DNA from: Nitrosotalea sp. | GTDB taxonomy: Bacteria > Methylomirabilota > Methylomirabilia > Rokubacteriales > CSP1-6 | NCBI GenBank assembly: GCA_035519555.1 | Contig: DATIWG010000096.1 | Location: 18,794 to 82,793, forward strand | Reading direction: 5' to 3' | DNA length: 64,000 nt | Shown here: positions 1-10,869 of the stretch, in pieces | Layout: each line of letters opens with the position of its first letter | Numbering within the stretch: position 1 is the stretch's first letter | The notes under the pieces: model-generated | Database searches by the model: none | What the model saw: only the letters and a program-made list of their open reading frames with translations | What the model was told of the DNA's origin: nothing | Position numbers and translations under genes: made by a program

Positions 1-1933
1 CGGCCGGGCTCACCACGACGTTGGCCTGGACCTGCTCGTTGACGAGGCTCTCGACGGTCTCCACCTCGCTGTCCTTCATCGACGCGCCGTGGGAGAAGTC
101 GAAGCGCAGGTGATCGGGCGCGACTAGCGAGCCCGCCTGCGCCACGTGGGTGCCCAGCACCTTGCGGAGCGCGGCGTGCAGCAGGTGGGTGCCGGTGTGG
201 TGCTGCCGCAACCCCTGCCGGCGGCGCGACTCCACGCTGACCGCGACCTCCTCGCCTTCGCGCAGCTGTCCCCGGGTCACCGCCACCCGGTGCACGATGA
301 GCTGGCTGCCGCGGTAGTAGGTGTCCTGGATCTGCCCCTGGCCCTCGCGGCCGACCACCGAGCCGGTGTCGCCCTGCTGGCCGCCCGACTCCGCGTAGGC
401 GGGCGTGCGGTCCAGGATGATCTCCACCGTCTCGCCCTGCCGCGCCTCGCGGCGTCGCTGCCCGTCGGCCACCATCGCGAGGATGCGCGCGGGCGCGGCG
501 AGCGATCCATAGCCGACGAACTGCGGCTTGACGAGCTCGCTCGAGAGCCGCTGGTAGATCGCCACGCTCGGATCGCCGCTCTCGCCTCCTCCGAACGACG
601 CCCCCGCGCGGGCGCGCTCCCGCTGCGCTTCCATCTCGGCGTCGAAGGTCCGCTGGGTCTCGGGCGTGACCCGCCAGCCCGCGTCCTCGAAGACCTCCTG
701 GGCCAGATCCGACGGGAAGCCGTGGGTGTCGTAGAGCGTGAACAGGAAGCGACCGTCCACGTTCTTGGGGACGTCGCGCTGGTGCGCCTCCAGGTACTCG
801 CGGATCTTGGCCATGCCGAGGTCGAGCGTCTCCGCGAAGCGCTCCTCTTCCTGGCGCACCGTCTCGGCCACGCGCGCCTGCGCGTCCCGGATCTCCGGGT
901 AGGCATCGCCCATCACCGCGATCACGCGGCCGGTCACGTCCCACAGGAAGGGCGCCTCGAGCCCCAGCATCCGGCCGTGCCGCATGGCCCGGCGCATGAT
1001 CCGCCGCAGCACGTAGCCGCGCCACTCGTTCGACGGGGTGACCCCGTCCGTGATCAGGAAGGTGGCGGCGCGGGCGTGGTCCGCGATCACCCGCATCGAC
1101 ACGTCCGCCTCCTCGTCGCCCCCGTAGGCCTTGCCGGAAAGCTCCTCGACGCGCGTGATGAGGGGCCGGAGCAGGTCGGTGTCGTAGTTGGACTGCTGGC
1201 CCTGGAGCACCGCCGCGACCCGCTCGAGCCCCATGCCGGTGTCGATCGACGGCTTGGGCAGCGGCGTCATCCTCCCGCTCGCATCGCGGTTGTACTGCAT
1301 GAACACGAGGTTCCAGATCTCGAGCCACCGGTCGCAGTCGCACGCCGGCCCCAGGCAGGCCCCTCCGGCCGCCTCCTCCGCGCACGGCAGGTGGTCACCC
1401 TGGTGGAAGTGCACCTCCGAGCAGGGCCCGCAGGGACCGGTGTCGCCCATCGCCCAGAAGTTGTCCTTCTCGCCGAGGCGGAGGATCCGGTCCTCGGTCA
1501 GGCCCGCCACCCGCTTCCAGAGCGCGAAGGCATCGTCGTCGTCGATGAAGACGGTGGCCTTGAGCCGGTCCTTGGGCAGCCCGAACTCCACCGTCAGGAG
1601 CTCCCAGCAGAACCGGATCGCGTCTTCCTTGAAGTAGTCGCCGAAGGAGAAGTTCCCGAGCATCTCGAAGAAGGTGTGGTGCCGGGCGGTGCGGCCCACG
1701 TTCTCCAGATCGTTGTGCTTGCCTCCCGCGCGGACGCACTTCTGGGCCGTGGTCGCCCGCACGTATTCGCGCGTCTCCTCTCCCAGAAAGACCGACTTGA
1801 ACTGGACCATGCCCGCGTTCGTGAAGAGCAGCGTGGGGTCCTGGGCGGGGACCAGGGGCGACGACCGCACCACGGTGTGGCCGCGGCGCCGGAAGTACTC
1901 GAGGAATCGCGCTCTGATCTCGCCCCCGGTCAT
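1..1933 (-). CDS. alaS: alanine--tRNA ligase, N-terminal ~644 codons (3' end lies beyond window start)
   Basis: Not in the ORF track because it is open at the window edge. My reverse-strand translation from ATG 1933 reads MTGGEIRARFLEYFRRRGHTVVRSSPLVPAQDPTLLFTNAGMVQFKSVFLGEE...KCVRAGGKHNDLENVGRTARHHTFFEMLGNFSFGDYFK, the canonical AlaRS catalytic core. No stop-bounded ORF is listed in this frame. Confidence 0.9.
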   Translation of the reverse strand, partial: MTGGEIRARFLEYFRRRGHTVVRSSPLVPAQDPTLLFTNAGMVQFKSVFLGEETREYVRATTAQKCVRAGGKHNDLENVGRTARHHTFFEMLGNFSFGDYFKEDAIRFCWELLTVEFGLPKDRLKATVFIDDDDAFALWKRVAGLTEDRILRLGEKDNFWAMGDTGPCGPCSEVHFHQGDHLPCAEEAAGGACLGPACDCDRWLEIWNLVFMQYNRDASGRMTPLPKPSIDTGMGLERVAAVLQGQQSNYDTDLLRPLITRVEELSGKAYGGDEEADVSMRVIADHARAATFLITDGVTPSNEWRGYVLRRIMRRAMRHGRMLGLEAPFLWDVTGRVIAVMGDAYPEIRDAQARVAETVRQEEERFAETLDLGMAKIREYLEAHQRDVPKNVDGRFLFTLYDTHGFPSDLAQEVFEDAGWRVTPETQRTFDAEMEAQRERARAGASFGGGESGDPSVAIYQRLSSELVKPQFVGYGSLAAPARILAMVADGQRRREARQGETVEIILDRTPAYAESGGQQGDTGSVVGREGQGQIQDTYYRGSQLIVHRVAVTRGQLREGEEVAVSVESRRRQGLRQHHTGTHLLHAALRKVLGTHVAQAGSLVAPDHLRFDFSHGASMKDSEVETVESLVNEQVQANVVVSPA

Positions 1934-1943
1934 AGGAGCGATA

Positions 1944-2501
1944 TTATACGCCGCCGTCCTCCTCGGTGGCGGGGAGGTCGCCCCCGCGGTCGACGAGCAA
2001 GGCGGAGACGGCGTGGCGGACCGCGGAGGCCGGGTAGCCGCGCCTCAACAGGTAGTCGGTGAGTCGGGTGGCGGCCCGGGCGGCCTGGCGGCCGCGAAGC
2101 AGGGCCGGCAGGCGGCGCCGCGCGGCCTCGAGCGCCCGCTCGGACTCGCCGATCTCTTCGAAGGCCGCCACGATCGCGGCCTCCACCATCTCGCGAGGAA
2201 TGCCCTTGGCGGCCAGCTCCTGCCGGAGGCGGCGGCTGCCGATCCGGCGGCCGCGAGCTCGCGCCTCGGCCCACCACCGGGCGAAGGCCTGATCATCGAC
2301 GTACCCGCGCCCGGTGAGCTCGGCCACCACCGCCTGGGCGACCTCGGCAGGCGCCCCGCGACGGCGGAGGCGGCGGGTGAGCTCGCGGCCGCTCCAGGAT
2401 TTGCGGGCCAGAAGATCGAAGGCCGCCAGCTTGGCGGCCTTCTCGGTGAGCGTCGGCTTCGGGCGCGGCTCCCCGGAACGGCGGGTCCGGCGCGCCGGCA
2501 C
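1944..2501 (-). CDS. recX: recombination regulator RecX
   Basis: The tail of ORF 1944-2618 (...FDLLARKSWSGRELTRRLRRRGAPAEVAQAVVAELTGRGYVDDQAFARWWAEARARGRRIGSRRLRQELAAKGIPREMVEAAI...) shows the RecX repeated three-helix pattern. Start placed at GTG 2501, just after the pilT stop (2506-2508). The track start at 2618 would overlap pilT. Confidence 0.75.
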   Translation of the reverse strand: MPARRTRRSGEPRPKPTLTEKAAKLAAFDLLARKSWSGRELTRRLRRRGAPAEVAQAVVAELTGRGYVDDQAFARWWAEARARGRRIGSRRLRQELAAKGIPREMVEAAIVAAFEEIGESERALEAARRRLPALLRGRQAARAATRLTDYLLRRGYPASAVRHAVSALLVDRGGDLPATEEDGGV

Positions 2502-2505
2502 TCGG

Positions 2506-3717
2506 CTAGGCCCGTTTGACGAAGGGGCTCCGCGCAGCCGGAGCAGCCGACGCGGCGCCGCCGGTGAGGCTGGCCGGCTGGGCCGGGGGCGTGTGGGTGG
2601 ATGCGGTGCTGCTGCCACCCGGGTGCTCCCAGGTCATCTCACCGGTCGAGAAGATGCCCTTCACCTTCAGGTCGAAGTCGTCCGGGTTGGTGGCCGCGTC
2701 GCGCGCGGTTTCGTACGTGACCAGCTCCTCGCGATAGAGCTGCAGCAGCGACTGGTCGAAGGTCTGCATCCCGTACTGGGCAGTGCCGGCCGCGATCACG
2801 CTCGGGATCTGGGGGGTCTTCTCCGCTTCCCGGATGCAGTCGCGGATGAGGCCGGTGGCGATCATGATCTCGACCGCGGGCACGCGGCCCCGGCCGTCGG
2901 CGCGCACCACGAGGCGCTGCGAGACAATGCCCTGGATGACGGAGGCGAGCTGGCCCCGGATCTGATCCTCCTGGTGCGGGGGGAACATGGAGATCATCCG
3001 GTTGATGGTCTCCGCCGCGTTCAGGGTGTGGAGCGTCGAGAGCACCAGGTGGCCGGTCTCCGCCGCGTGAAGACCGACTTCCATCGTCTCCACGTCGCGC
3101 AACTCGCCGACCAGCATGATGTCGGGGTCTTCACGGAGGGCAGCGCGCAGAGCCTGGGCGAAGTTCACCGAGTCGTGACCGATCTCCCGCTGGCTCATCA
3201 CGCACTTCTTGTCCTGGTGCACGAACTCGATCGGGTCCTCGATCGTGACGATGTGGTCGTTCCGGCTGCGATTCATGAAATCGATCATGGACGCGAGGCT
3301 GGTGGACTTGCCGGATCCCGTGATGCCGGTGACCAGGATCATTCCGCGGCGCTCCATCGAGAGGCGCTCGAGTACCTTCGGCAGGTGCAGCTCCTGGAAG
3401 GCGGGGATGCGCTCGGGCACGTGCCGGAAGACGCCTCGCACCTCGCCCATGGCCAGGAAGAGGTTGCAGCGGAAGCGGCCGATCCCGGGCAGCATGTAGC
3501 CCAGGTCCATCTCGCGGCCCTCCATCAGCATGTTGAGCCGACGCTCGCCCAGCAGGCTCTCGGCCGTCTTGTCGATGAACTCGCGGGTGACCAGAGGCAG
3601 GTCGTCCTGCACCTCGAGATGGCCGTGAATTCGGAGGATCGGCTTCGATCCTGCCTTCAAGTGCAGGTCCGAAGCCTTGCGCTGCGCGGTCTCGGACAGC
3701 AGCTGCTGAAGTTCCAT
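2506..3717 (-). CDS. pilT: type IV pilus retraction ATPase PilT (with ~45 aa low-complexity C-terminal tail)
   Basis: Walker A GITGSGKST, Asp box DPDIMLVGELRD, His box LVLSTLHT and the PilT-type LIRDCIRE motif. The C-terminal tail is Ser/Thr/Pro/Ala-rich. Confidence 0.85.
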   Translation of the reverse strand: MELQQLLSETAQRKASDLHLKAGSKPILRIHGHLEVQDDLPLVTREFIDKTAESLLGERRLNMLMEGREMDLGYMLPGIGRFRCNLFLAMGEVRGVFRHVPERIPAFQELHLPKVLERLSMERRGMILVTGITGSGKSTSLASMIDFMNRSRNDHIVTIEDPIEFVHQDKKCVMSQREIGHDSVNFAQALRAALREDPDIMLVGELRDVETMEVGLHAAETGHLVLSTLHTLNAAETINRMISMFPPHQEDQIRGQLASVIQGIVSQRLVVRADGRGRVPAVEIMIATGLIRDCIREAEKTPQIPSVIAAGTAQYGMQTFDQSLLQLYREELVTYETARDAATNPDDFDLKVKGIFSTGEMTWEHPGGSSTASTHTPPAQPASLTGGAASAAPAARSPFVKRA

Positions 3718-3730
3718 CGTGTGCTCGCTC

Positions 3731-5848
<2,118 letters not shown>

Positions 5849-6009
5849 GCTTGTCTCCTCACCCGCGAGTGAATGGGGTCCTCACGGACCCGTGGGACGG
5901 CAGGACGCGGGCACGCTCGAACCTCCGAGCAGCCCACTCGGTTCCTCAGCACTGTCGTACGGCGTGCACGACGCTGTCAAGACCGACGACCCGGATACAC
6001 CCCCACGTA

Positions 6010-6591
6010 TCACGTCGTCGACAGGGCGGCGACGCGCCGGACCGTGTAGCGCGCCCCCGACGGGGCGAGATCGCTCCGCATCAGGGCCACCTCGGTCACG
6101 CGCAGCGTGCCGAATCGCGTGGCCGCGGCCTGCGCAAGCGCGCTCCGCAGCGGCGGACCCGCCTCGCGGCGCCAGCGCCGCTCGTCGAAGACGCGCCCGA
6201 TCGTGATGTGCGGATGCCACGCGCGCTCCTCCTTCGGAAACCCGTGGTCCGCGAGCGCGTCGGCCACGCGAGCCTGCAGGGCGCGCGCCTCGAGCGCGCC
6301 CTGGGCCATGCCGATCCAGAGGATGCGCGGGCGCTCGAGGCCGGGGAACGCGCCGATGCCGTGCAGGGTGACGTCGAGCGGCGCGCAGTGCGCCACCGCG
6401 GCCTCGAGCGCGGCATCCGCCGCGACCAGGCGCTCCTCGGTCTGGCCGCCGAGGAACTGCAGGGTCACGTGGAGATTCTGGGCCGGCACCCAGGCCACCG
6501 CCGCGCACAGGGGCCGGAGCCGCTCGATGGTGGCCGCGATGGTGTCGCGCAGGGCGTCGGGCAGGAGGATCGCGACGAACGAGCGGATCAC
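6010..6591 (-). CDS. thpR: RNA 2',3'-cyclic phosphodiesterase / 2'-5' RNA ligase family (2H phosphoesterase)
   Basis: Two H-x-T-x motifs (HVTLQFLG and HITIGRV) in the last 193 codons of ORF 6010-7317. GTG 6591 overlaps the cinA stop (GTGA). Confidence 0.8.
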   Translation of the reverse strand: MIRSFVAILLPDALRDTIAATIERLRPLCAAVAWVPAQNLHVTLQFLGGQTEERLVAADAALEAAVAHCAPLDVTLHGIGAFPGLERPRILWIGMAQGALEARALQARVADALADHGFPKEERAWHPHITIGRVFDERRWRREAGPPLRSALAQAAATRFGTLRVTEVALMRSDLAPSGARYTVRRVAALSTT

Positions 6592-7838
6592 GCCGGCGAC
6601 GACAGCGCCCGGCGCAGCATGTCGAGCGCGGCCTGGGAAGACTGCCACTTGACCGCCTCTCGCCCGCCCGGAAACCGGAAGCGGCGCACCTGGATGCGCG
6701 GCCCGGCGGGCCCCGGCACCGCGGCCGCGATGAACACGGTCCCGACCGGCTTGGTGGGCGTGCCCCCGTCCGGGCCCGCGATACCGGTCACCGCGATCCC
6801 ACACCCAGAGCCCGAGATGCGGCAGATGCCGGCGACCATCGCCTCCGCGACCGGCGCGCTCACCGCGCCGTGCGCGCGCAGCATGGCCTCCGGCACGCCG
6901 AGGAGCTGCTGCTTGGCCTCGTTCGAGTACACGACGACGCCGCGCTCGACGTAGCGGGACGAGCCCGCGATGTTCGTGAGGCGGTGGGCGACGAGCCCGC
7001 CGGTGCACGACTCGGCCATGGACACGGTGAGATGCCGCTCCAGGAGCAGCCGGCCCACCACGACCTCCATGGTGTCCTCGTCCCGCCCCCAGCAGTCGGG
7101 CCCCAGCGCCTCGCGAACCTCCCGCTCCACCGGGTCGAGCGCCGCCTCCGCAGCGCTGCGCGAGGCCGCCCGCGCGCGTAGCTGCACCCAGACGTCGCCG
7201 TCGACGGGCACGCAGGCGACGGCCACCGCCGAGTCCGCCCCCAGCCAGCGCCCGAGCCGCTCCTCGACGTCCGCGGGCGAGAGACCCGTGGTGTGCAGCG
7301 TGCGGAGCACGGTGCACTCGCCCGCGCCGAGCCGCTGCCGGGCCAGCGGGCGGAGCTGCCCGTCCACGAGCGGACCGAGCGCGGCGGAGCCGGCGGGCAG
7401 CACCACGACCGCGGCGCGACTGATCTCGAGGACCCAGGCGGGCTCGCCAGCCGCCGGCCAGAGCGTCGCGCCCTGTGGCAGCAGCGCCAGCCGATCGAGC
7501 CGCCGAGGCATGGCCTGCCCGCGCCGGGCGAAGTCCTCCTCCAGCAGCGCCAGCAGCTTGTCGTTGAGCACGAGGCGGGCGCCACCGAGCCGCGACAGCG
7601 CGCGCCGCACCACCTCGCCGCTCGAGCCGCCGGGCTCCGCGAGCACCACCACCAGCGAGGCGGCCTCCACCGCGCCGCGCAGCGCCTCCTCCACCGCGAT
7701 CTCGTCCTCGTCCACGACCTGGCGGGAGGCCACCGGGACACCTTCGGCGAGGAGCGCGCGCGCCACCATGAGGCCGGCGGGGTCGTCGGCCGCGCCCAGC
7801 TGGGCCGCGCCCACCGTGACGATCCAGGCCTGGTTCAC
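6588..7838 (-). CDS. cinA: CinA-family competence/damage-inducible protein (nicotinamide-nucleotide amidase-like C-domain)
   Basis: The C-domain LTVSMAESCTGGLVAHRLTNIAGSSRYVERGVVVYSNEAK...IAVTGIAGPDGGTPTKPVGTVFIA is the CinA/PncC signature. Confidence 0.8.
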   Translation of the reverse strand: MNQAWIVTVGAAQLGAADDPAGLMVARALLAEGVPVASRQVVDEDEIAVEEALRGAVEAASLVVVLAEPGGSSGEVVRRALSRLGGARLVLNDKLLALLEEDFARRGQAMPRRLDRLALLPQGATLWPAAGEPAWVLEISRAAVVVLPAGSAALGPLVDGQLRPLARQRLGAGECTVLRTLHTTGLSPADVEERLGRWLGADSAVAVACVPVDGDVWVQLRARAASRSAAEAALDPVEREVREALGPDCWGRDEDTMEVVVGRLLLERHLTVSMAESCTGGLVAHRLTNIAGSSRYVERGVVVYSNEAKQQLLGVPEAMLRAHGAVSAPVAEAMVAGICRISGSGCGIAVTGIAGPDGGTPTKPVGTVFIAAAVPGPAGPRIQVRRFRFPGGREAVKWQSSQAALDMLRRALSSPA

Positions 7839-7848
7839 GGGGGGTGGC

Positions 7849-8346
7849 TCACGCGGGAACGCCGAAGAGCGCGCGCGCGCCCATGATGAGGATCAGCGTG
7901 TAGAGGCCGGCGATGAGGTCGTCCACCATGACGCCCATCCCGCCGGTGAGGGCCTGGCTCTCTCGGGCCGGGAAGGGCTTCCAGATGTCGAACAGGCGGA
8001 AGAGCAGGAACGCGGTCACGAGCACCGGGATGGACCGCGGCAGCCCGATGACCGAGAGCAGCATCCCCGCGACCTCGTCGATCACGATCAGCCCCGGATC
8101 CTTGCGGCCGAGCACGCGCTCCACGCGCGAGCCCGCCCAGAGGCCGACGAGCGTGACCGCGACCAGCGCGACCACGAGCCCGAAGGTCGTCCAGGGAAGG
8201 AGCCAGATGGCGACGAGGGTGACGAAGCTGCCGACCGTCCCCGACGCGACCGGCGAGTAGCCGGCGCCGAAGAGGCTGGCCAGCATGAAGGCCAGGCGGT
8301 CCAGCCGACCGAGTGGCCTATTCCCCGACGAGCTCGTAACCGTCAA
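7849..8346 (-). CDS. pgpA: phosphatidylglycerophosphatase A
   Basis: FGAGYSPVASGTVGSFV...DIWKPFPARESQ...GGMGVMVDDLIAGLY matches the PgpA family. Start uncertain: TTG 8346 overlaps rimO by 29 nt, and ATG 8286 is an alternative. Confidence 0.75.
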   Translation of the reverse strand: MTVTSSSGNRPLGRLDRLAFMLASLFGAGYSPVASGTVGSFVTLVAIWLLPWTTFGLVVALVAVTLVGLWAGSRVERVLGRKDPGLIVIDEVAGMLLSVIGLPRSIPVLVTAFLLFRLFDIWKPFPARESQALTGGMGVMVDDLIAGLYTLILIMGARALFGVPA

Positions 8347-9628
8347 CCTCGACGATCGAGACCTCCGCGAAGCGCCCCGGGGTCAGCCGCGCGTCGCGCA
8401 ACAGCACCACGCCGTCGATCTCGGGCGCCTGCCCCGCGGTGCGGCCCTCGAAGGGGAACGCCGAGTCCGGGCTCGGCCCGTCCACGAGCACGGTCTGCCG
8501 CGTGCCGTAGAGCGCCTTCTGGCGCGGCCAGGCCAGCCGGTCCTGGAGGTCCTGCACCTGTTGCGCGCGCTCGGCCATCGCCTCGGCGGGCACCGGATCG
8601 GGCAAGCCCGCGGCCGGGGTGCCGTCCTCCACCGAGTAGGTGAAGACGCCGAGACGGTCGAAGCCCACCTCCTCCACGAAACCGAGCAGATTCTGGAACG
8701 CGCCCTCGGTCTCGCCGGGGAAGCCGACCAGCACGGTGGTGCGCAGGGTCACGCCGGGCAGCGCATCGCGCAGCCGGGCCACGATGTCCTTCATCCGCTG
8801 GGCGGTGACGCCGCGCCGCATCGCACGCAGGATGGCGTCGTCGCCGTGCTGCACCGGCATGTCCAGGTACGGCACCACCCGCGCGCGCCGCCACTTCTCG
8901 ATCAGGCGCTCCGTGACGTGAGCGGGATGGAGGTACATCGGGCGGATCCACGGCATCCTGGTGTCGGAGAGCGCCAGCAGGAGGTCGCCGATGTCGCCGT
9001 TGCCGGACAGGTCGCGCCCGTACGCCAGCGTGTCCTGTGAGACGAGGATGGCTTCCTGGATGCCCCGGCCCGCGAGCCGCTCGACCTCCGCCACGATGTC
9101 CGGCAGCGGGCGGCTCCGGTGCTTGCCGCGGAACTGCGGGATCGCACAGAACGTGCAGCCCATGTCGCAGCCCTCCGCGATCTTGACGTAGGCGTACGGC
9201 ACCCGCGCCGTGAGCAGCCGAGGAGTCTGGGCGTTGTACAGATAGCCGGGCGGAGCCTCGCTCACCCAGGCCTGGCGGCCGTCGGCCTGGTTCACGAGCT
9301 CCACGATGCGGTGCAGCTCGGAGGTCCCGAGGATCGCGTTGATCTCCGGAATCTCTTCGCTGATCTCACCGCCGTACCGCTGGGTGAGGCAGCCGGTGAC
9401 GATCAGGGCCCGCGCGCGCCCGCGCTCCTTGAGCTGGGCCAGCTCGAGAATCGTGTTGACCGACTCCTCGCGCGCCCGGTCGATGAAGGCGCAGGTGTTG
9501 ACCACCAGGCAGTCGGCCGACTCCGCCGCTTCCGCGATCTCGTGGCCGGCCTGGGTCAGCATCCCCAGCATCAGCTCGGAGTCGACCTGGTTCTTCGGGC
9601 AGCCGAGGGTTGTGAAATGGACTTTCAT
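8318..9628 (-). CDS. rimO: ribosomal protein S12 methylthiotransferase RimO (radical SAM + TRAM)
   Basis: N-terminal MKVHFTTLGCPKNQVDSE, radical-SAM CDMGCTFC, C-terminal TRAM-like RFAEVSIVEVDGYELVGE. Confidence 0.85.
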   Translation of the reverse strand: MKVHFTTLGCPKNQVDSELMLGMLTQAGHEIAEAAESADCLVVNTCAFIDRAREESVNTILELAQLKERGRARALIVTGCLTQRYGGEISEEIPEINAILGTSELHRIVELVNQADGRQAWVSEAPPGYLYNAQTPRLLTARVPYAYVKIAEGCDMGCTFCAIPQFRGKHRSRPLPDIVAEVERLAGRGIQEAILVSQDTLAYGRDLSGNGDIGDLLLALSDTRMPWIRPMYLHPAHVTERLIEKWRRARVVPYLDMPVQHGDDAILRAMRRGVTAQRMKDIVARLRDALPGVTLRTTVLVGFPGETEGAFQNLLGFVEEVGFDRLGVFTYSVEDGTPAAGLPDPVPAEAMAERAQQVQDLQDRLAWPRQKALYGTRQTVLVDGPSPDSAFPFEGRTAGQAPEIDGVVLLRDARLTPGRFAEVSIVEVDGYELVGE

Positions 9629-9689
9629 GAAGGGAACTTATGATCCCACAGCCCCTCCGGTGCCGTCAACGAGTCGGAGCCCGGGCGCC

Positions 9690-10127
9690 TCACAGCAAGC
9701 GCTTGCCGGTGGCGGGGACGAGCTGCCCGTAGCGCACCCCCTTGATGGACAGTAGCCGGTTGGCGACGCGCCGGATGTCGCGCGCGGGGCCCCGGAGGGG
9801 AATGGCCTCGAGACACGTGTGGGCGTCCAGGTGCACGTGGAGGGCCGCGGTGATCAGCCCCTCGTGCTCGTGCTGGATGTCGGTGAGCTTGTCGGCCAGG
9901 GCGCGCGTGTCGTGGTCGTACACGAGCACCAGGACGCCCACCGTCTCCCCCTCCTGGTCCGCCCACTCCTCCTTGACCAGCTCGGCGCGGAGGAGATCCC
10001 GCACGAACTCACTCCGGTTGCCGTAGCGGCGATCGGTGCGCAGCCGATCCAGCACCCGCATGAGCGGATCCGGGAGCGAGACGGTGAAGCGCGTGGAGGT
10101 CGCTCGCACGGCCTTCTTGCGGCTCAT
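9690..10127 (-). CDS. nikR: nickel-responsive transcriptional regulator NikR (ribbon-helix-helix + ACT-like metal domain)
   Basis: RHH N-terminus TRFTVSLPDPLMRVLDRL. The C-domain QHEHEG...LHVHLDAHTCLE mirrors the E. coli NikR nickel ligand pattern (H, HxH, C). ATG 10127 is preceded by GGAGAG. The upstream part of ORF 9690-10367 is not coding. Confidence 0.85.
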   Translation of the reverse strand: MSRKKAVRATSTRFTVSLPDPLMRVLDRLRTDRRYGNRSEFVRDLLRAELVKEEWADQEGETVGVLVLVYDHDTRALADKLTDIQHEHEGLITAALHVHLDAHTCLEAIPLRGPARDIRRVANRLLSIKGVRYGQLVPATGKRLL

Positions 10128-10230
10128 CGACGGAGTCTCTCCCTTGGCCTGGCCGGCGTGAGATCGAGATGCGGGCCTGATCATGCGGCAGCAAGGGGGC
10201 CGCGGGCAAGTCCGTGCCCGGGAACCGTGA

Positions 10231-10259
10231 TTGACCATGGACGGTTGATTGGTTATCCT
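10231..10259 (+). promoter_or_regulatory. putative promoter TTGACC-17-TATCCT, 7 nt upstream of ATG 10267
   Basis: TTGACC at 10231-10236, a 17-nt spacer, TATCCT at 10254-10259, then 7 nt to the ATG. No SD sequence is present. Confidence 0.3.
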
Positions 10260-10266
10260 CGCGCCC

Positions 10267-10806
10267 ATGTCACGCTCTCGAGTGGTTGCCATGTTGGTGG
10301 TGTCGCTGGCACTGCTCGCCGTCTTGGCGGCCGCCGTTCCGGCCTCGGCCCACACCGTCCAAAACATCGTCGCGCCGGCCCTGCCCGCACCGGATCTCCC
10401 ACCCGCGCTGCCCGCGGTTGCCGTCGATCCAGGCAGCCTCGCGTCGCCCGGTGACCCGTCGTGGCCTTTGGCGGGCGCGCTCCTTCTGAGCCTTGCGCTG
10501 GGCCTCGCGGGTGCCCGGCGTCGGCCCCGGCGCGCGCTGGTGCTGGCGCTGGTGGTGTTGCTGACGCTGTTCGCGTTCGAGAACGCGCTGCACTCGGTTC
10601 ATCACGGCTTCGATGCGAAGCAACGCAACGAATGCACCATCGCGGCGGCCGCCGCGAATCTGTCGGCGATCTCGGTCGACGGCGTCCTCGAGACGTCCGC
10701 CATCCTGATTCCGAGCGAGCGCGCCGCCGAGCCTGATCTCGCACCACCTCCGACCCGCCTCCTCGAGCCCGACCAGGGCCGAGCCCCGCCCTTCCCCACC
10801 GCCTAG
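10267..10806 (+). CDS. hypothetical exported/bitopic membrane protein with HSVHH motif
   Basis: Signal peptide MSRSRVVAMLVVSLALLAVLAAAVPASA followed by His. Two further hydrophobic segments, then FENALHSVHHGFDAKQRNEC. I recognise no family. It is the first gene of the TonB operon. Confidence 0.5.
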   Translation: MSRSRVVAMLVVSLALLAVLAAAVPASAHTVQNIVAPALPAPDLPPALPAVAVDPGSLASPGDPSWPLAGALLLSLALGLAGARRRPRRALVLALVVLLTLFAFENALHSVHHGFDAKQRNECTIAAAAANLSAISVDGVLETSAILIPSERAAEPDLAPPPTRLLEPDQGRAPPFPTA

Positions 10807-10869
10807 CCCTCCCGCAGTCCGCCCCGCACCCGCCGTTGCCGATGCAGCCGGCGCGGGCGGGTTCCGCAG

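Noticed and set aside
146-2062. 638-aa plus-strand ORF covering the start of the window
   Set aside because: It is antisense to a clearly recognisable alaS. Its composition is extreme in Arg/Gly/Ala/Pro/His with no motif. This is a typical shadow ORF in GC-rich DNA.
5849-6009. LexA/SOS box and promoter upstream of recA
   Set aside because: A perfect TTGACA is present (minus strand, 5975-5980). No acceptable -10 follows at 16-18 nt, and I could not match any LexA-box consensus I know (CTGT-N8-ACAG, CGAACN4GTTCG, GTTC-N7-GTTC). The GAAC...GTTC imperfect hairpin at 5919-5944 is weak (a 4+4 bp stem with a bulge).
10128-10230. NikR operator in the nikR/operon spacer
   Set aside because: I looked for GTATGA-N16-TCATAC-like or TATWATT-N11-AATWATA-like dyads. 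I found only a TGATCA palindrome and an ATGCGG-N8-ATGCGG direct repeat (10169-10188). This is not enough to call an operator.
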